DNA from: Bacteroidia bacterium
Lineage (GTDB): Bacteria; Bacteroidota; Bacteroidia; M30B66
Assembly: GCA_965279035.1 (NCBI GenBank)
Contig: OZ257142.1
Span: forward strand, 2,208,001-2,272,000
DNA length: 64,000 nucleotides
Reading direction: 5' to 3'
Shown here: piece by piece, positions 20,401 to 29,840 of the stretch
Layout: every line of letters starts with the position of its first letter
How positions within the stretch are numbered: the stretch's first letter is position 1
Notes under the pieces: generated by a model
Databases searched by the model: none
Told to the model about the DNA's origin: nothing
What the model saw: the letters and a program-made list of their open reading frames with translations, nothing else
Program-made: the position numbers and the translations under genes

Positions 20401-21200
20401 CAAACACACCTACCTATAGCGTTTCCGAAGCCGGTCTTTACTGGGTGCGCGTAAAGGGGGCATCAGGATGTATAATTACCGATACTACGGAAGTGTTTGT
20501 AGCACCATTAATTGCACAGCCAAATCTAGGACCTGATAGAAATGTTTGTCAGTTCGAAACGGTGGTTCTGAATGCAACAGATGCTAGTTACACCCATTAC
20601 GAATGGCAGGATGGCTCGCAAAATCCAACCTATACTGCATTTTTACCGGGCACTTATTGGGTTACTGGAAGTGATGGTTGTACTAGTAAAACCGATACGA
20701 TTCATCTTACAGAATCCTTAGCTTCACCAATAGATTTGAATTACCTTGGAAATGACACGATTTGTAAAATATCCTTGCCATTTGTATTAACAGCAGCTAA
20801 TGGATTCAACAGCTATTCGTGGTCTACAGGATCAACATCACAAAACATTAATGTCACTTCTATTGGAACGTATTCGTTAGTGGCAACAAATGCATTAGGC
20901 TGTTCGGCAAAAGATACGATTTGGGTGATTGATTGTTTATCGTTGGATGAAATTACTCGTAAATCGTTTGAAATCTACCCCAATCCATCAGACCATTTTC
21001 TCAATATAAAATCTAACTCAAATTCACCATTTACGATTAAACTCTTAACACTTTCGGGACAATTAATAATAGAAAAAAGAATTTCGGCTAATGAAACCAT
21101 GCAATTAAATACCGAGCAATATGCTAATGAACTTTACTTATTGGAAATCTTTACCGATAAACAAATCTGGCATGAAAAGCTGTTGATTTTGCATCATTGA
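17448..21200 (+). CDS. M43 (pappalysin/ulilysin-like) zinc metalloprotease with PKD domains, beta-propeller and T9SS type A CTD
   Basis: 'IPVVVHVIH', HEAGHYLGLYHTF zinc motif, 'VCDTPP', Met-turn 'NYMDY', CTD 'IYPNPS'. ATG at 17448 preferred over TTG at 17433. Confidence 0.92.
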   Translation: MGCYFRLLSFLFLLSSQLIAQQSNPIQQPEIPSCFADELLRIKRLNNPSIHTRMSIMNERISRKIHSGNQRDMLSIPVVVHVIHQNGLENISDFQIHQGIADLNAAFANEGAYFNPSGVNTNIQFCLAVRGPGGEFTNGINRYESPLTNVTAETQDSDLKNIVRWDSNKYLNIWLVNEITSLSMGTGIAGYAYFPTSQGQSEDGIVNEARFFGSTPDNSKVHIHEAGHYLGLYHTFEGSCTNTNCQLDGDRVCDTPPDNSTAPIVCGSSVNSCTSDDDDLSANNPFRPIANGGTGDQPDMFQNYMDYGYQSCQFKFTLGQSDRMNAALTTERAILLESDGCITPCLNQFVIIDFSSDATEITTGDSIHFTGATTFPVNVEWKINSNTVASTNNFAWQFNQPGTYTVTLTAYSDDPACTQVRTMSIQVNCAARAYFDLNTTGSYFTPGLPVTANNTSVNGVSYVWHLDGNSLSSGFNWQQTFTIPGGHSLYLVTTGTTCSDTSSTKFFQVGNCDLSGVTRNWEIYKNHFTFQTDGQLIQASTNAIMPDGVESSSTISDADGNLLLFSDGLSVWDRNENLMPNGTGLLGHYSSTQGSIIVPHPGNPHQYFVFTSDAYENDFTVGLHYSIVDMQLNGGLGDVTETKNVLLLIGTNEKLSATWHANGHDIWIGTGAGHSNAWYAFLIDDAGVHATPVVSHIGAAPSVAIGAMKFSHDGNRMAACMLTEWPWRMLLADFDKETGVYYNPKELLLSSEFNEQVFGLEFSPDNSKLYVSIILGGNIFQYDLSYTTASQIMASRITIDPYETINFGHLLLAPDGKIYINAGGQLDAIPNPNLAGMACGYQSNVVTLPPPQIYTSLPNMLQGFYSAHQPNIAGPLNMCKGGISYNYGITLESAEDSAIWTHSGPATLMAGNGNTTAMLISGNTPGTDILSVIIYGRCGISRDTIIIHTNSPETTVLPETGFACDTNLILNPGNDFLSYYWQDGANTPTYSVSEAGLYWVRVKGASGCIITDTTEVFVAPLIAQPNLGPDRNVCQFETVVLNATDASYTHYEWQDGSQNPTYTAFLPGTYWVTGSDGCTSKTDTIHLTESLASPIDLNYLGNDTICKISLPFVLTAANGFNSYSWSTGSTSQNINVTSIGTYSLVATNALGCSAKDTIWVIDCLSLDEITRKSFEIYPNPSDHFLNIKSNSNSPFTIKLLTLSGQLIIEKRISANETMQLNTEQYANELYLLEIFTDKQIWHEKLLILHH

Positions 21201-21315
21201 TTTGGGTTGATGTTGAATGAAGGCAACTTGTTTTCAAGTTATAACCTTAAATCTGTTGCATTAATTTATTAAAAAATTAATTAAGTTAAGTCAATTGAAT
21301 TCAATAGATAGCCTT

Positions 21316-21703
21316 ATGAAATCTTAACTTCTAACAATCGTTCTTCTATTCTAATCCTTTCACACATTTTCTTAGCAAATCGGCAATCAGGACTCACAAA
21401 GAAATGAATGTAGTAATGATAGCGAAAAGGCTATTGAAACGTATGTGTTAGTTGGAAGAGAAGTAATAAAAAAACTGTTCCCAAAAGAAAATATTGCAAT
21501 GAATCGGGTAGAGTATTATAAGCATTTTGGTATTTTAAGACGGAAAAGTGCTAGAAGCACATTTAGGTCGAGGTTCTACAACCAATTCGTCTTGTTTGGT
21601 TGCTGCTTCTCTAGAAGCAGCTTTAAAAACAAAATGGACAAAGCATCCAAATGCCCTTGAAAAGCAGAATGGAAAAATTATTTATCTGTTTAAAATTGAA
21701 TAA
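21316..21703 (+). pseudogene. Degraded gene for a small exported TonB C-terminal-domain-like protein
   Basis: Manual translation: MKS*LLTIVLLF*SFHTFS*Q...LVGREVIKKLFPK / YCNESGRV / IISILVF*DGKVLEAHLGRGSTTNSSCLVAASLEAALKTKWTKHPNALEKQNGKIIYLFKIE*; four internal stops and two frameshifts. Confidence 0.72.
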
Positions 21704-22032
21704 ATAAAATTCAATTTCCAATTTGTAAATTCGATTTTCTTTTAATTATTTTAATGATGTATATATATAAACGGAGGTGAAAGTTCTATTTTAAATTCAA
21801 CTGAAATTTCAATCACCAGCTTTTATTTTCTTTGTCTGTAAGAAATCACTTCATCAATTGTTTATACAATACATTCTATTAATCAAGCTATTGTTTAATT
21901 GCGATTATCAAGAAATAACTTCTATATGAAAATAAGTATAGAATCCAATTTTTAATATCCAATCTTGCTATTCCAAAAAATAATGCGACATTTAGATTCG
22001 TCCGCATAGAGAAACCCAACTATTTTCTGCAA

Positions 22033-25000
22033 ATGAAACATTGGATAAACCACTCGAAAGAAATCGTACTGATGATACTGTTTCTTTTATCTTTTCCTGT
22101 ATTGGCGCAACAACCCATTGCGCATCAATGTGCTACCGATGTGCTCATTGCTCAGCAAAAAAACAATCCTAAGTTTCAATATCGACTTCGAGATGTGGAT
22201 GAAACCATCCATTTGATGAGTTCTCAATCGGTTAATCGGAATTCGGTGTTTACCATTCCCGTTGTTGTGCATATTATACATAATGGAGGGGCGGAGAATA
22301 TTTCGGATGCGCAAGTGAACCAAGCCATTGCCGATTTAAATAATGCCTTTGCTAATACCGGGAATTATCATGATGAAGATGGTGTAGATACGGGAATTTC
22401 GTTCTGTTTAGCTAAGCAAGATGAAAATGGTCAATTTACTACCGGCATCAACCGCATTCAAAATCCCTTAACCAATATGGTTTTGGAAAATGATGATCAA
22501 TCGCTCAAAAACTTAATTCAATGGAATCCATATCATTACCTCAATATCTGGTTGGTTAATTCAATCACATCTGCCTCCATGGGACCGGGTGTTGCTGGAT
22601 ATTCCACTTTACCTGCAAGTCACGGTGGACCAACTGATGGCATTGTGAATGAAGCTGGTTTATTTGGTTCGAGTGCTGATAATTCCAAAGTACATATTCA
22701 CGAAGCCGGTCATTATTGCGGTCTCTATCACACGTTTCAAGGTGCATGTACGAATAATGATTGTACACTCGACAATGATCAAGTGTGCGACACGCCTCCC
22801 GATGCTTCTGTATTGCCAATAAGCTGCAATGCAAGCGTAAATTCGTGTAGCACCGATTCGGATGATCCTTCAGTAAATAATCCATTTCGATCACTTGCTT
22901 TGGGCGGATTAGGCGATCAAAATGATCTATTTATTAATTACATGGATTATGGGTATCAAGCCTGTCAATCGCTTTATACTGATGGACAACGAGTGCGCAT
23001 GATTACAGCATTACAGCAAATTCGGTTTTCATTACTTGAATCACATGGATGTCTTTCGCCTTGTACGAATCCTTTAACGGCATCTTTCAGTTTTACACCT
23101 GTAGAGCCTATTTCTGTTGGTGTTCCGGTACAATTCACCAGTTCGAATATTGGCGGTGCCACTACGTTTGAATGGTTTCAAAACAATACATCCTTTTCCA
23201 CTTTAGCCAATTCGAGTTTCACATTTAACCAAGATGGAAGTTTCTACATTGAGCTTCAAGTGGGCAATGGTGACATTTCCTGCGCTATTTCGGTGTATGA
23301 TACCATAACAGTTATTTGTCCTGTTCAGGCTTCTTTTACGGCTTCTTCTTTAACCGTTGCTCCTGGCGATTCTATTCATTTTAGCAATACGGGTTCGGGT
23401 TATACTTCGGTTCAATGGTTTATTGATGGAATTCCAGTTTCAAATAATCCGAATTTCAATGCTGGTTTTCCCAATCCGGGGCAATATTTAATTACTGAAA
23501 TTAGTTCGAATGGACTGTGCGAAAAAGCTGCAAATACTCTATTAATTACTGTAGGAAATAATTGTAATTCGATCAATGCTGGTCCCGATCAAGTAGTTTG
23601 TTCAGGAACTCCAATTCAATTGCATGGAACTGCCCCAGGCATTAATGATATTGTTTCTACCCATTGGTCAGGTGGAACAGGAACGTATGTACCGAATGAT
23701 ACTGATCCGGATGCACTCTATTATCCATCGGAATTAGAAATTGCTGCTGGTGAAGCGAATTTACAATTTCATATTGCATTTGGTTCCATTACAACTTCGG
23801 TTGATGCATCCTTATTAGCCTACGATCATAGTGGCGAAGATTCTATCTTTTATATAAGCCCTATAAATGGCGCTATTCAAGGTGTTCAGAGTAATTCAGG
23901 ACACGATTTAACTGCCATCGGTTACCAAACAAATTCGCATTTTTTATATGGTATTTCCAATATTGTTGATCCTCCACGTTTGTATGAAATAAATGTCATT
24001 ACCAATGTAGTTACCATGATTTTGGATTTCTTGGGAGATCGTTATTGGGCTGGCGATTTCGATAATTCACACCAATTATTTTATTCCATTAGCACTCCTT
24101 GGGGAGCACAACAAAATCAGATTTTACATTCATTTGATATGAGTTCTGGAACAGCTGTCAATACACCCATTGGTTCCTTGAATTTACCAGGTGATAATAA
24201 TAATGGATTTTTTATAGCAGGTGATGGAATTAATGGCTTAGCCTATGATCCAAGTTTAAATAAGCTTTATGGAATTTCATTTAATGGACAATTATACGAT
24301 ATCAACATCAATACAGGAAATGCAACAGTGATTGGCAATACACAAGGTGGTTTACGTGGATTAGCGTATGATTTTTCGACCAATAAATTATGGGGATGTG
24401 ATAATCTTGCAAACCTAACCGAAATTGATAAAAACACGGGTGCAATATTGTCCAATGTAGCTTGCCAAGGTAGTTTTGGAGTAACAACTAGTCTCACCTA
24501 TGCTCCGGGAATATTGCCTAGTCAGCAAGTTTCTTGTCTTGATAGTTTACATATCGACTTGCTTCCAACACCACAAGTAAACCTCGGTCCGGATACTGCA
24601 TTTTGTTCGGGAAATAGCATTTTATTAAGTGCTCAAGGAAATTTCGATAGCATTGAATGGCAAGATTCTTCAACGAATCCGACATTCACTGCAACTCAAA
24701 CTGGAATCTATTATGTTACCGTTACCGATACCAATTCCTGTGTGGGAAGCGATACTGTAAATGTGTTGCAGAATCTTCCAGCTACAGTTTTTTCACTTGG
24801 TCCAGATCGAATACAATGCGATGGTGGTGTTACTACATTAACTGCACCTTCGGGTTATTTAAGCACTCTTTGGAATTCTGGAAATACCGAGCCTGTTTTG
24901 ACTATCTATACCTCTGGAAATTATTGGCTTACTGTTACCGATTTATGTCATAACAGTTATACCGATACTATTCAAATTATCTATGATACTGTTCCTTTTT

Positions 25001-25683
25001 TGGATTTAGGAACGGATACGATTGCTTGTTCTGCACAACCATTATTTCTTGATGCAGGTCCGGATTTCGACACGTATTATTGGAATACTGCGGATCAAAC
25101 CAGTAGTATTCAAGCAAGTTCATCGGGAAGTTATTGGGTGCGTGCAACAACTACGAATGGGTGTATAGTATTCGATACACTGCATGTTGAATTGGGAGAT
25201 CCCAAAGCCCCATTATCTCTTGGAAACGATACAACACTGTGTGGCAACGATTCTTTGCTCTTAAAAATTCCTTTGGGTTATTCACCAATAATGTGGAATA
25301 CTGGCTCACATGCTGGGGCGATTATTATTCATAGTGAAGGAAATTATTGGGTGCAGGTAAATGATTCGTCGCATTGTATTTCTACCGATACGATTGCAGT
25401 TCATTTCGGAATATTAGCTAGTGAATTTGAAATTCCAAATGCATTTAGCCCGAATGGAGATGCGATGAATGATTTATTCTCTTGGGAATATGAACACATC
25501 AGTGATTTTCATATTTCCTTATTTAATCGATGGGGTACAAAACTTTACGAAACGGATCAACCACAAGCATTTTGGACAGGAGAAAATCAATCAGACGGAA
25601 CGTATTTTTATATTCTCAACTATACCGAAAGTTGCACCCATCAACACGTTGAGAAGAAAGGATTTTTTAGTTTGTTGCATTAA
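22033..25683 (+). CDS. M43 zinc metalloprotease paralog with PKD domains, beta-propeller-like region and T9SS type B CTD
   Basis: HEAGHYCGLYHTF, 'NYMDY', CTD 'IPNAFSPNGDAMND...FNRWG...DGTYFY'. Confidence 0.92.
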   Translation: MKHWINHSKEIVLMILFLLSFPVLAQQPIAHQCATDVLIAQQKNNPKFQYRLRDVDETIHLMSSQSVNRNSVFTIPVVVHIIHNGGAENISDAQVNQAIADLNNAFANTGNYHDEDGVDTGISFCLAKQDENGQFTTGINRIQNPLTNMVLENDDQSLKNLIQWNPYHYLNIWLVNSITSASMGPGVAGYSTLPASHGGPTDGIVNEAGLFGSSADNSKVHIHEAGHYCGLYHTFQGACTNNDCTLDNDQVCDTPPDASVLPISCNASVNSCSTDSDDPSVNNPFRSLALGGLGDQNDLFINYMDYGYQACQSLYTDGQRVRMITALQQIRFSLLESHGCLSPCTNPLTASFSFTPVEPISVGVPVQFTSSNIGGATTFEWFQNNTSFSTLANSSFTFNQDGSFYIELQVGNGDISCAISVYDTITVICPVQASFTASSLTVAPGDSIHFSNTGSGYTSVQWFIDGIPVSNNPNFNAGFPNPGQYLITEISSNGLCEKAANTLLITVGNNCNSINAGPDQVVCSGTPIQLHGTAPGINDIVSTHWSGGTGTYVPNDTDPDALYYPSELEIAAGEANLQFHIAFGSITTSVDASLLAYDHSGEDSIFYISPINGAIQGVQSNSGHDLTAIGYQTNSHFLYGISNIVDPPRLYEINVITNVVTMILDFLGDRYWAGDFDNSHQLFYSISTPWGAQQNQILHSFDMSSGTAVNTPIGSLNLPGDNNNGFFIAGDGINGLAYDPSLNKLYGISFNGQLYDININTGNATVIGNTQGGLRGLAYDFSTNKLWGCDNLANLTEIDKNTGAILSNVACQGSFGVTTSLTYAPGILPSQQVSCLDSLHIDLLPTPQVNLGPDTAFCSGNSILLSAQGNFDSIEWQDSSTNPTFTATQTGIYYVTVTDTNSCVGSDTVNVLQNLPATVFSLGPDRIQCDGGVTTLTAPSGYLSTLWNSGNTEPVLTIYTSGNYWLTVTDLCHNSYTDTIQIIYDTVPFLDLGTDTIACSAQPLFLDAGPDFDTYYWNTADQTSSIQASSSGSYWVRATTTNGCIVFDTLHVELGDPKAPLSLGNDTTLCGNDSLLLKIPLGYSPIMWNTGSHAGAIIIHSEGNYWVQVNDSSHCISTDTIAVHFGILASEFEIPNAFSPNGDAMNDLFSWEYEHISDFHISLFNRWGTKLYETDQPQAFWTGENQSDGTYFYILNYTESCTHQHVEKKGFFSLLH

Positions 25684-25787
25684 TGAATGATTTATTTCGG
25701 AAGATTGAAGCAGATAATCCTGATAGAGGTTGACACATGCTCTTAAAATAGAATTACGAATTTAAAGAAGTAGATTTATCATAGAAT

Positions 25788-26213
25788 ATGGAGCAGGACA
25801 AAACAATTCAAACACCATTTGCACAAACCTATTTTCATGGGACAAAGGCTGATTTGAAAATAGGGGATTTCATTCTTATTGGAGTGAATTCAAATTATGG
25901 AACAAGAAAGCAGGCTAAGTATATTTATTTAACATCCACATTAGATGCAGCTATTTGGGGTGCTGAACTTGCTTTGGGAGAAGGGAAGGAGCGAATTTAT
26001 TTAGTAGAACCCATGGGATTAATTGAAGACGATCCTAATGTAACGGATAAAAAATTCCCGGGGAATCCAACAATGTCCTATCGTTCCAAAGAACCGTTTA
26101 AAGTTGTTGGTGAAATCACACTATGGTTAGGACACTCACCGGAAAAGATCAAGGTGATGAAAGAGGCATTAGAGAAATTAAAAACGTTGGGAATTGAAGC
26201 TATTGAGGATTAA
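25788..26213 (+). CDS. arr: NAD(+)--rifampin ADP-ribosyltransferase
   Basis: 'FHGTKADL', 'AAIWGAELA', 'RIYLVEP.G.IEDDPNVTDKKFPGNPT.SYRS'. Confidence 0.93.
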   Translation: MEQDKTIQTPFAQTYFHGTKADLKIGDFILIGVNSNYGTRKQAKYIYLTSTLDAAIWGAELALGEGKERIYLVEPMGLIEDDPNVTDKKFPGNPTMSYRSKEPFKVVGEITLWLGHSPEKIKVMKEALEKLKTLGIEAIED

Positions 26214-26606
26214 TTGCATAGAATAAAATAAAATTCAACCGAAGAAATAATATTCAACGTGTTCTTTTTTATTCAAGAATATTTCCAACAATATGTAATT
26301 CTGAATTACTCTATAGGAGGTTTAACTAATAAAGCATTTAAGTCTTTTATAAAAATACAAATTGCTGAAAACTAACGATGTGAATTAATGAAATAGAGTT
26401 TGGAGAATCGGACTGAGGCTTTGAAAATAGAAGGTATTCAAATAAAAATTCAAGTATATTCATTTTAATTTAAAATACAATTATTTCAATTTTGAATTTA
26501 GATTTTGTTAAACTATAACACAGCAAAGCGAATATGATTCTTCTCTCATTTTTAAGGCGTAGTTATTTATATATTCCCTAGCTTTATTCAATAAAATAAA
26601 TTGAAA

Positions 26607-28007
26607 ATGAAAGTACTTTTTCCATTCATTATGATGCTAATATTTGGTGCAAAAACCAATGCTCAATTATTCTGCTTTAATCCATATAGTAGTTACGATT
26701 GTGATTTAAACACAGCAACATTGGTAAATGCCGATTTTAATGCCGATGGTAAAATGGATTTGGCTGCTGTCAATATTTCGGGCTCTGTTACTATTTTGCT
26801 CGGAAATGGAATGGGTGGATTTTCAGCTCCCAGCAATACTACTTCAGGAGTTCTCCCACACACTGCATGTTCAGCCGATTATAATAGTGATGGCAAAGTT
26901 GATTTAGCTACATTTAATTCTGGTCCGGGCAATGTATCTATTATGCTAGGCAGCGGTACTGGAAGTTTTGTGGTTTCAACTGCATTTTCAACTGGAACAT
27001 ACAGTCCTTTATCTCGCATTGCAACGAATGATTTTAATGGAGATGAAAAAGCGGATTTAATCATATCAAGCAGTTTCAATTACGCAATGATCGCACTTGG
27101 CAATGGAGATGGAACCTTTGCTACACCTGTTCATATTCCAGTTGACAATGGAACAAAAGAAATAGCCATTGGTGACTTTAATGCCGATGGGAAAAAGGAC
27201 TTAGCTTTAACAACTTATAATATTTCATTTCATGTATCGGTGATGTTGGGCAATGGGATTGGTGGTTTCGGATCTGTTACAAATTATAGCATTGGTGATT
27301 CACCTGAATGCATGATCATTGCCGATTTTAATGGTGATACGATTAGTGATTTAGCCACAGCGAATATTGGCAATAATACTGTAGGGAATATTTCTGTGTT
27401 AATGGGGAATGGCGATGGCAGTTTTACCAATGCTGTCAATTACTCAATAGGTGATTCTACTATAGCACGTTCGCTTTGTGCTGCCGATTTAAATAATGAT
27501 GGGAAAATTGATTTAGCAGCTGCAACGATTGCTAATCATAACGTTTCGAATATCTCACTACTTGCAGGTGATGGAACTGGAGTATTTGACTCGCCAGTTG
27601 TGTTAGATGTAGATTCTTTTCCTAACGCAATTATTGCTTCTGATTTCAATAATGATGGCAAAATTGATTTGGCTGCATCCTCTTCAAAAAGCAATATTGA
27701 TTTTGGCAAAGTTTCGGTACTTCTAAATTGTAATCCTACGAACATCGATAAAACAACTTCAAACAATCAAGTAATTACATTTTATCCTAACCCAACCAAG
27801 GGGATACTCTATTTTAAATCGAATTCTTTGCCACAAAATGCTTCATTGGATATTTACAATGATATCGGACAAAAAGTATATTCAGTAGCAAATCTCAATA
27901 CATTAGAGAATAACAAAATTGATTTGTCGTATAATCGATCCGGAATTTATAGTATCTTGTTTAAATCGGATAATAATATGTTTTTGCAAAAAATTGTAAT
28001 CAACTGA
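26607..28007 (+). CDS. FG-GAP/VCBS repeat beta-propeller protein with T9SS type A CTD
   Basis: Seven 'DFNxDGKxDLA' type repeats; CTD 'FYPNPTKG...SGIYSI...KIVIN'. Confidence 0.9.
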   Translation: MKVLFPFIMMLIFGAKTNAQLFCFNPYSSYDCDLNTATLVNADFNADGKMDLAAVNISGSVTILLGNGMGGFSAPSNTTSGVLPHTACSADYNSDGKVDLATFNSGPGNVSIMLGSGTGSFVVSTAFSTGTYSPLSRIATNDFNGDEKADLIISSSFNYAMIALGNGDGTFATPVHIPVDNGTKEIAIGDFNADGKKDLALTTYNISFHVSVMLGNGIGGFGSVTNYSIGDSPECMIIADFNGDTISDLATANIGNNTVGNISVLMGNGDGSFTNAVNYSIGDSTIARSLCAADLNNDGKIDLAAATIANHNVSNISLLAGDGTGVFDSPVVLDVDSFPNAIIASDFNNDGKIDLAASSSKSNIDFGKVSVLLNCNPTNIDKTTSNNQVITFYPNPTKGILYFKSNSLPQNASLDIYNDIGQKVYSVANLNTLENNKIDLSYNRSGIYSILFKSDNNMFLQKIVIN

Positions 28008-28253
28008 AATATTGATTCATCAACATTGTAAGGGCAAAACGAGATAAGCAATACTATTCAGTTTTTCATTATGAAAATTTTGAATGATTCTAATTTTGGG
28101 AATTAAATTTTGCATTTATCAACGGAGACATTCTTGATAGATTCCCACCTAATTTTGAATTTGTATACTTTCAATTTCATTATTTCTTATAGTATTTTTT
28201 ATAAAAAGAAATTTGAGTAATTGTTATTCAACAACCATATAAAAAAGCAACGA

Positions 28254-28745
28254 ATGAAGGATTTACTTATTGAAATTTCTAAAAAAGCAATTCAATACGA
28301 AGATTTCAATTTTACTAAAGAACAAATCCAACAGGAATGGCTCGGTGTTAATCCTGTTACTGAAAAGGAAATAGCAGAAATCGAAATCAAACTCGGTTTG
28401 AAATTACCAGAAGATTATAAAGAGTTCTTGCGTATAACGAATGGCTTTTCAGCACCGAATGATGTTGAGCCCAGTTTTGAAAATTGTGCAAGTATTGATT
28501 TCTTGAAAAATTTTGACCAAGAATTAATTGATGCATACTCTTATTTGCCCGAATTAAAAACAGCAATCATTGTTGGTGGAAAACTAGAAGAGCAGCAGTT
28601 TTTATTGTTGCCACCTCAATCGGAAAGTGATAAATGGCGATATTGGAAATTTGCAAATTGGAATCCAGGAGAACAAGAATTTGAAAGCTTAAAAGCATAT
28701 TTTAGAGACGTTCTTGAGTTTATAATTAAAGAACATGAAAGTTGA
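28254..28745 (+). CDS. SMI1/KNR4 (SUKH) family protein
   Basis: 'PVTEKEIAEIEIKLGLKLPEDYKEFLRITNG' signature; ATG at 28254. Confidence 0.88.
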   Translation: MKDLLIEISKKAIQYEDFNFTKEQIQQEWLGVNPVTEKEIAEIEIKLGLKLPEDYKEFLRITNGFSAPNDVEPSFENCASIDFLKNFDQELIDAYSYLPELKTAIIVGGKLEEQQFLLLPPQSESDKWRYWKFANWNPGEQEFESLKAYFRDVLEFIIKEHES

Positions 28746-28765
28746 CAAAACACATAATAAAATAT

Positions 28766-29174
28766 ACCCGTTGTGCAGTTAAAAATTAGAATTATCCTTC
28801 AACACTATTTATCGCCTAATCCAATAATCAATACTTTTGTAATGCTTTTAAATTAAATTATTTAGATTTAAAATTAGGTTTAGAATTGAAACGGATCTTG
28901 TGGTGGCTATGTCTGGGCGGGGAGGGTGTGTTTCGACATAGATGAGAAAATAGATTATCCGAGCAAAATGGTCGAAAAAAGGTCTTGAGCGTAAGCAGCA
29001 TCGTCCAGTCTTGACCTTCTTTAAATGCACGCTGAGCTTGTCGAAGCGTGTGTCAAGACAAGAATTAATACGTCGTAGTCAAACATGAATGATATAGTAA
29101 TATAAAGCAATAACAGCCTTATTTCATTGATTGATTTGAAAAAAATAAATTGATAATTCAACCGCACAACGGGT
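28766..29174. mobile_element. MITE-like non-coding element, copy 1
   Basis: Terminal inverted repeats ACCCGTTGTGCAGTT / AACCGCACAACGGGT; colinear and highly similar to 49761-50152; no transposase ORF. Confidence 0.8.
29028..29050. repeat. REP-like hairpin CACGCTGAGCTTGTCGAAGCGTG nested in MITE copy 1
   Basis: CACGCT/AGCGTG stem around CTGAGCTTGTCGAAG; absent from copy 2. Confidence 0.6.
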
Positions 29175-29182
29175 TTTATTTA

Positions 29183-29785
29183 TCAAATATTATAAGGATA
29201 TTTTGAATATATTTTAGGGAAATAGTTTTTTAAATCGTCACCTGCTTCATCCCATTCTTTTCCAGAAGTAATTTGGTTTTCTTGAAAGGGATAAGGCATT
29301 TCTTGTCCAGTAATTTCTTTAAAAACTGATGAAGGAATATGTCCAAATCCTTCAAATTCAGATGTTTCTTCAATAAATTCTTTATCAAGTTCTGCAAGCG
29401 TTTCAGGGTCTTTAATTGTCTTGAAGTAAAATTCCTTTCCTTGTCCAATTACCCATTCTCTAAAATCATTGAAGCTATCATCGCCACAGCCACCTTGAAT
29501 TATATAAATTGCTCCCCAAAGCTCCCATGTGTTGGCTTGCCCACGAAAAAACCTAAAACTATTCGCAAATAAAATAATGTCATCAGGAAGTAATGTATAA
29601 AGTTGTTTTGCTAATTCTTCATAGTACATTTCATAATCGCCTAGTGAATTATTTTTTACTGTTTGGATGATTTTCCAAAACTGTTCTTCCTCCATAAGCT
29701 CGGCTGAAGTAGTGAATTTTATACTTTTAATTTGTTCGATGTTTTCTGATTTTATTCTTCCAAATAATTTATCTAGAATTCCCAT
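29183..29785 (-). CDS. DUF4240 domain protein
   Basis: 'MEEEQFWKII', 'LWGAIYIIQGGCGDDSFNDFREWVIGQGKEFY...DPETLA'. Confidence 0.85.
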   Translation of the reverse strand: MGILDKLFGRIKSENIEQIKSIKFTTSAELMEEEQFWKIIQTVKNNSLGDYEMYYEELAKQLYTLLPDDIILFANSFRFFRGQANTWELWGAIYIIQGGCGDDSFNDFREWVIGQGKEFYFKTIKDPETLAELDKEFIEETSEFEGFGHIPSSVFKEITGQEMPYPFQENQITSGKEWDEAGDDLKNYFPKIYSKYPYNI

Positions 29786-29840
29786 ATTTATGTTAAAGTG
29801 TTTTATTGGGTTTATGTTCTGACTTAATAAAATGACCGCT

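Noticed and set aside
21325-21455. attC-like look (TCTAACAATCGTT...AACGTATGTGTTAG)
   Set aside because: The cores do not fit RYYYAAC/GTTRRRY, and the stretch is better explained as the 5' part of the 21316-21703 pseudogene.
21445-21660. 71-aa ORF in the track
   Set aside because: Chimeric reading across frameshifts of the pseudogene.
21770-21890. Minus-strand fragments (INRMYCIN / IDEVISYRQRK*KL) resembling a LytTR C-terminus
   Set aside because: Too short and interrupted to distinguish from chance without a search.
26260-26460. Fragment ENRTEALKIE..QIK resembling the end of a small GIY-YIG nuclease
   Set aside because: No GIY/YIG motifs are recoverable; too degenerate to call.
28848-29030. 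60-aa minus-strand ORF inside MITE copy 1
   Set aside because: No transposase motifs, and its start lies in the segment that differs between the copies.
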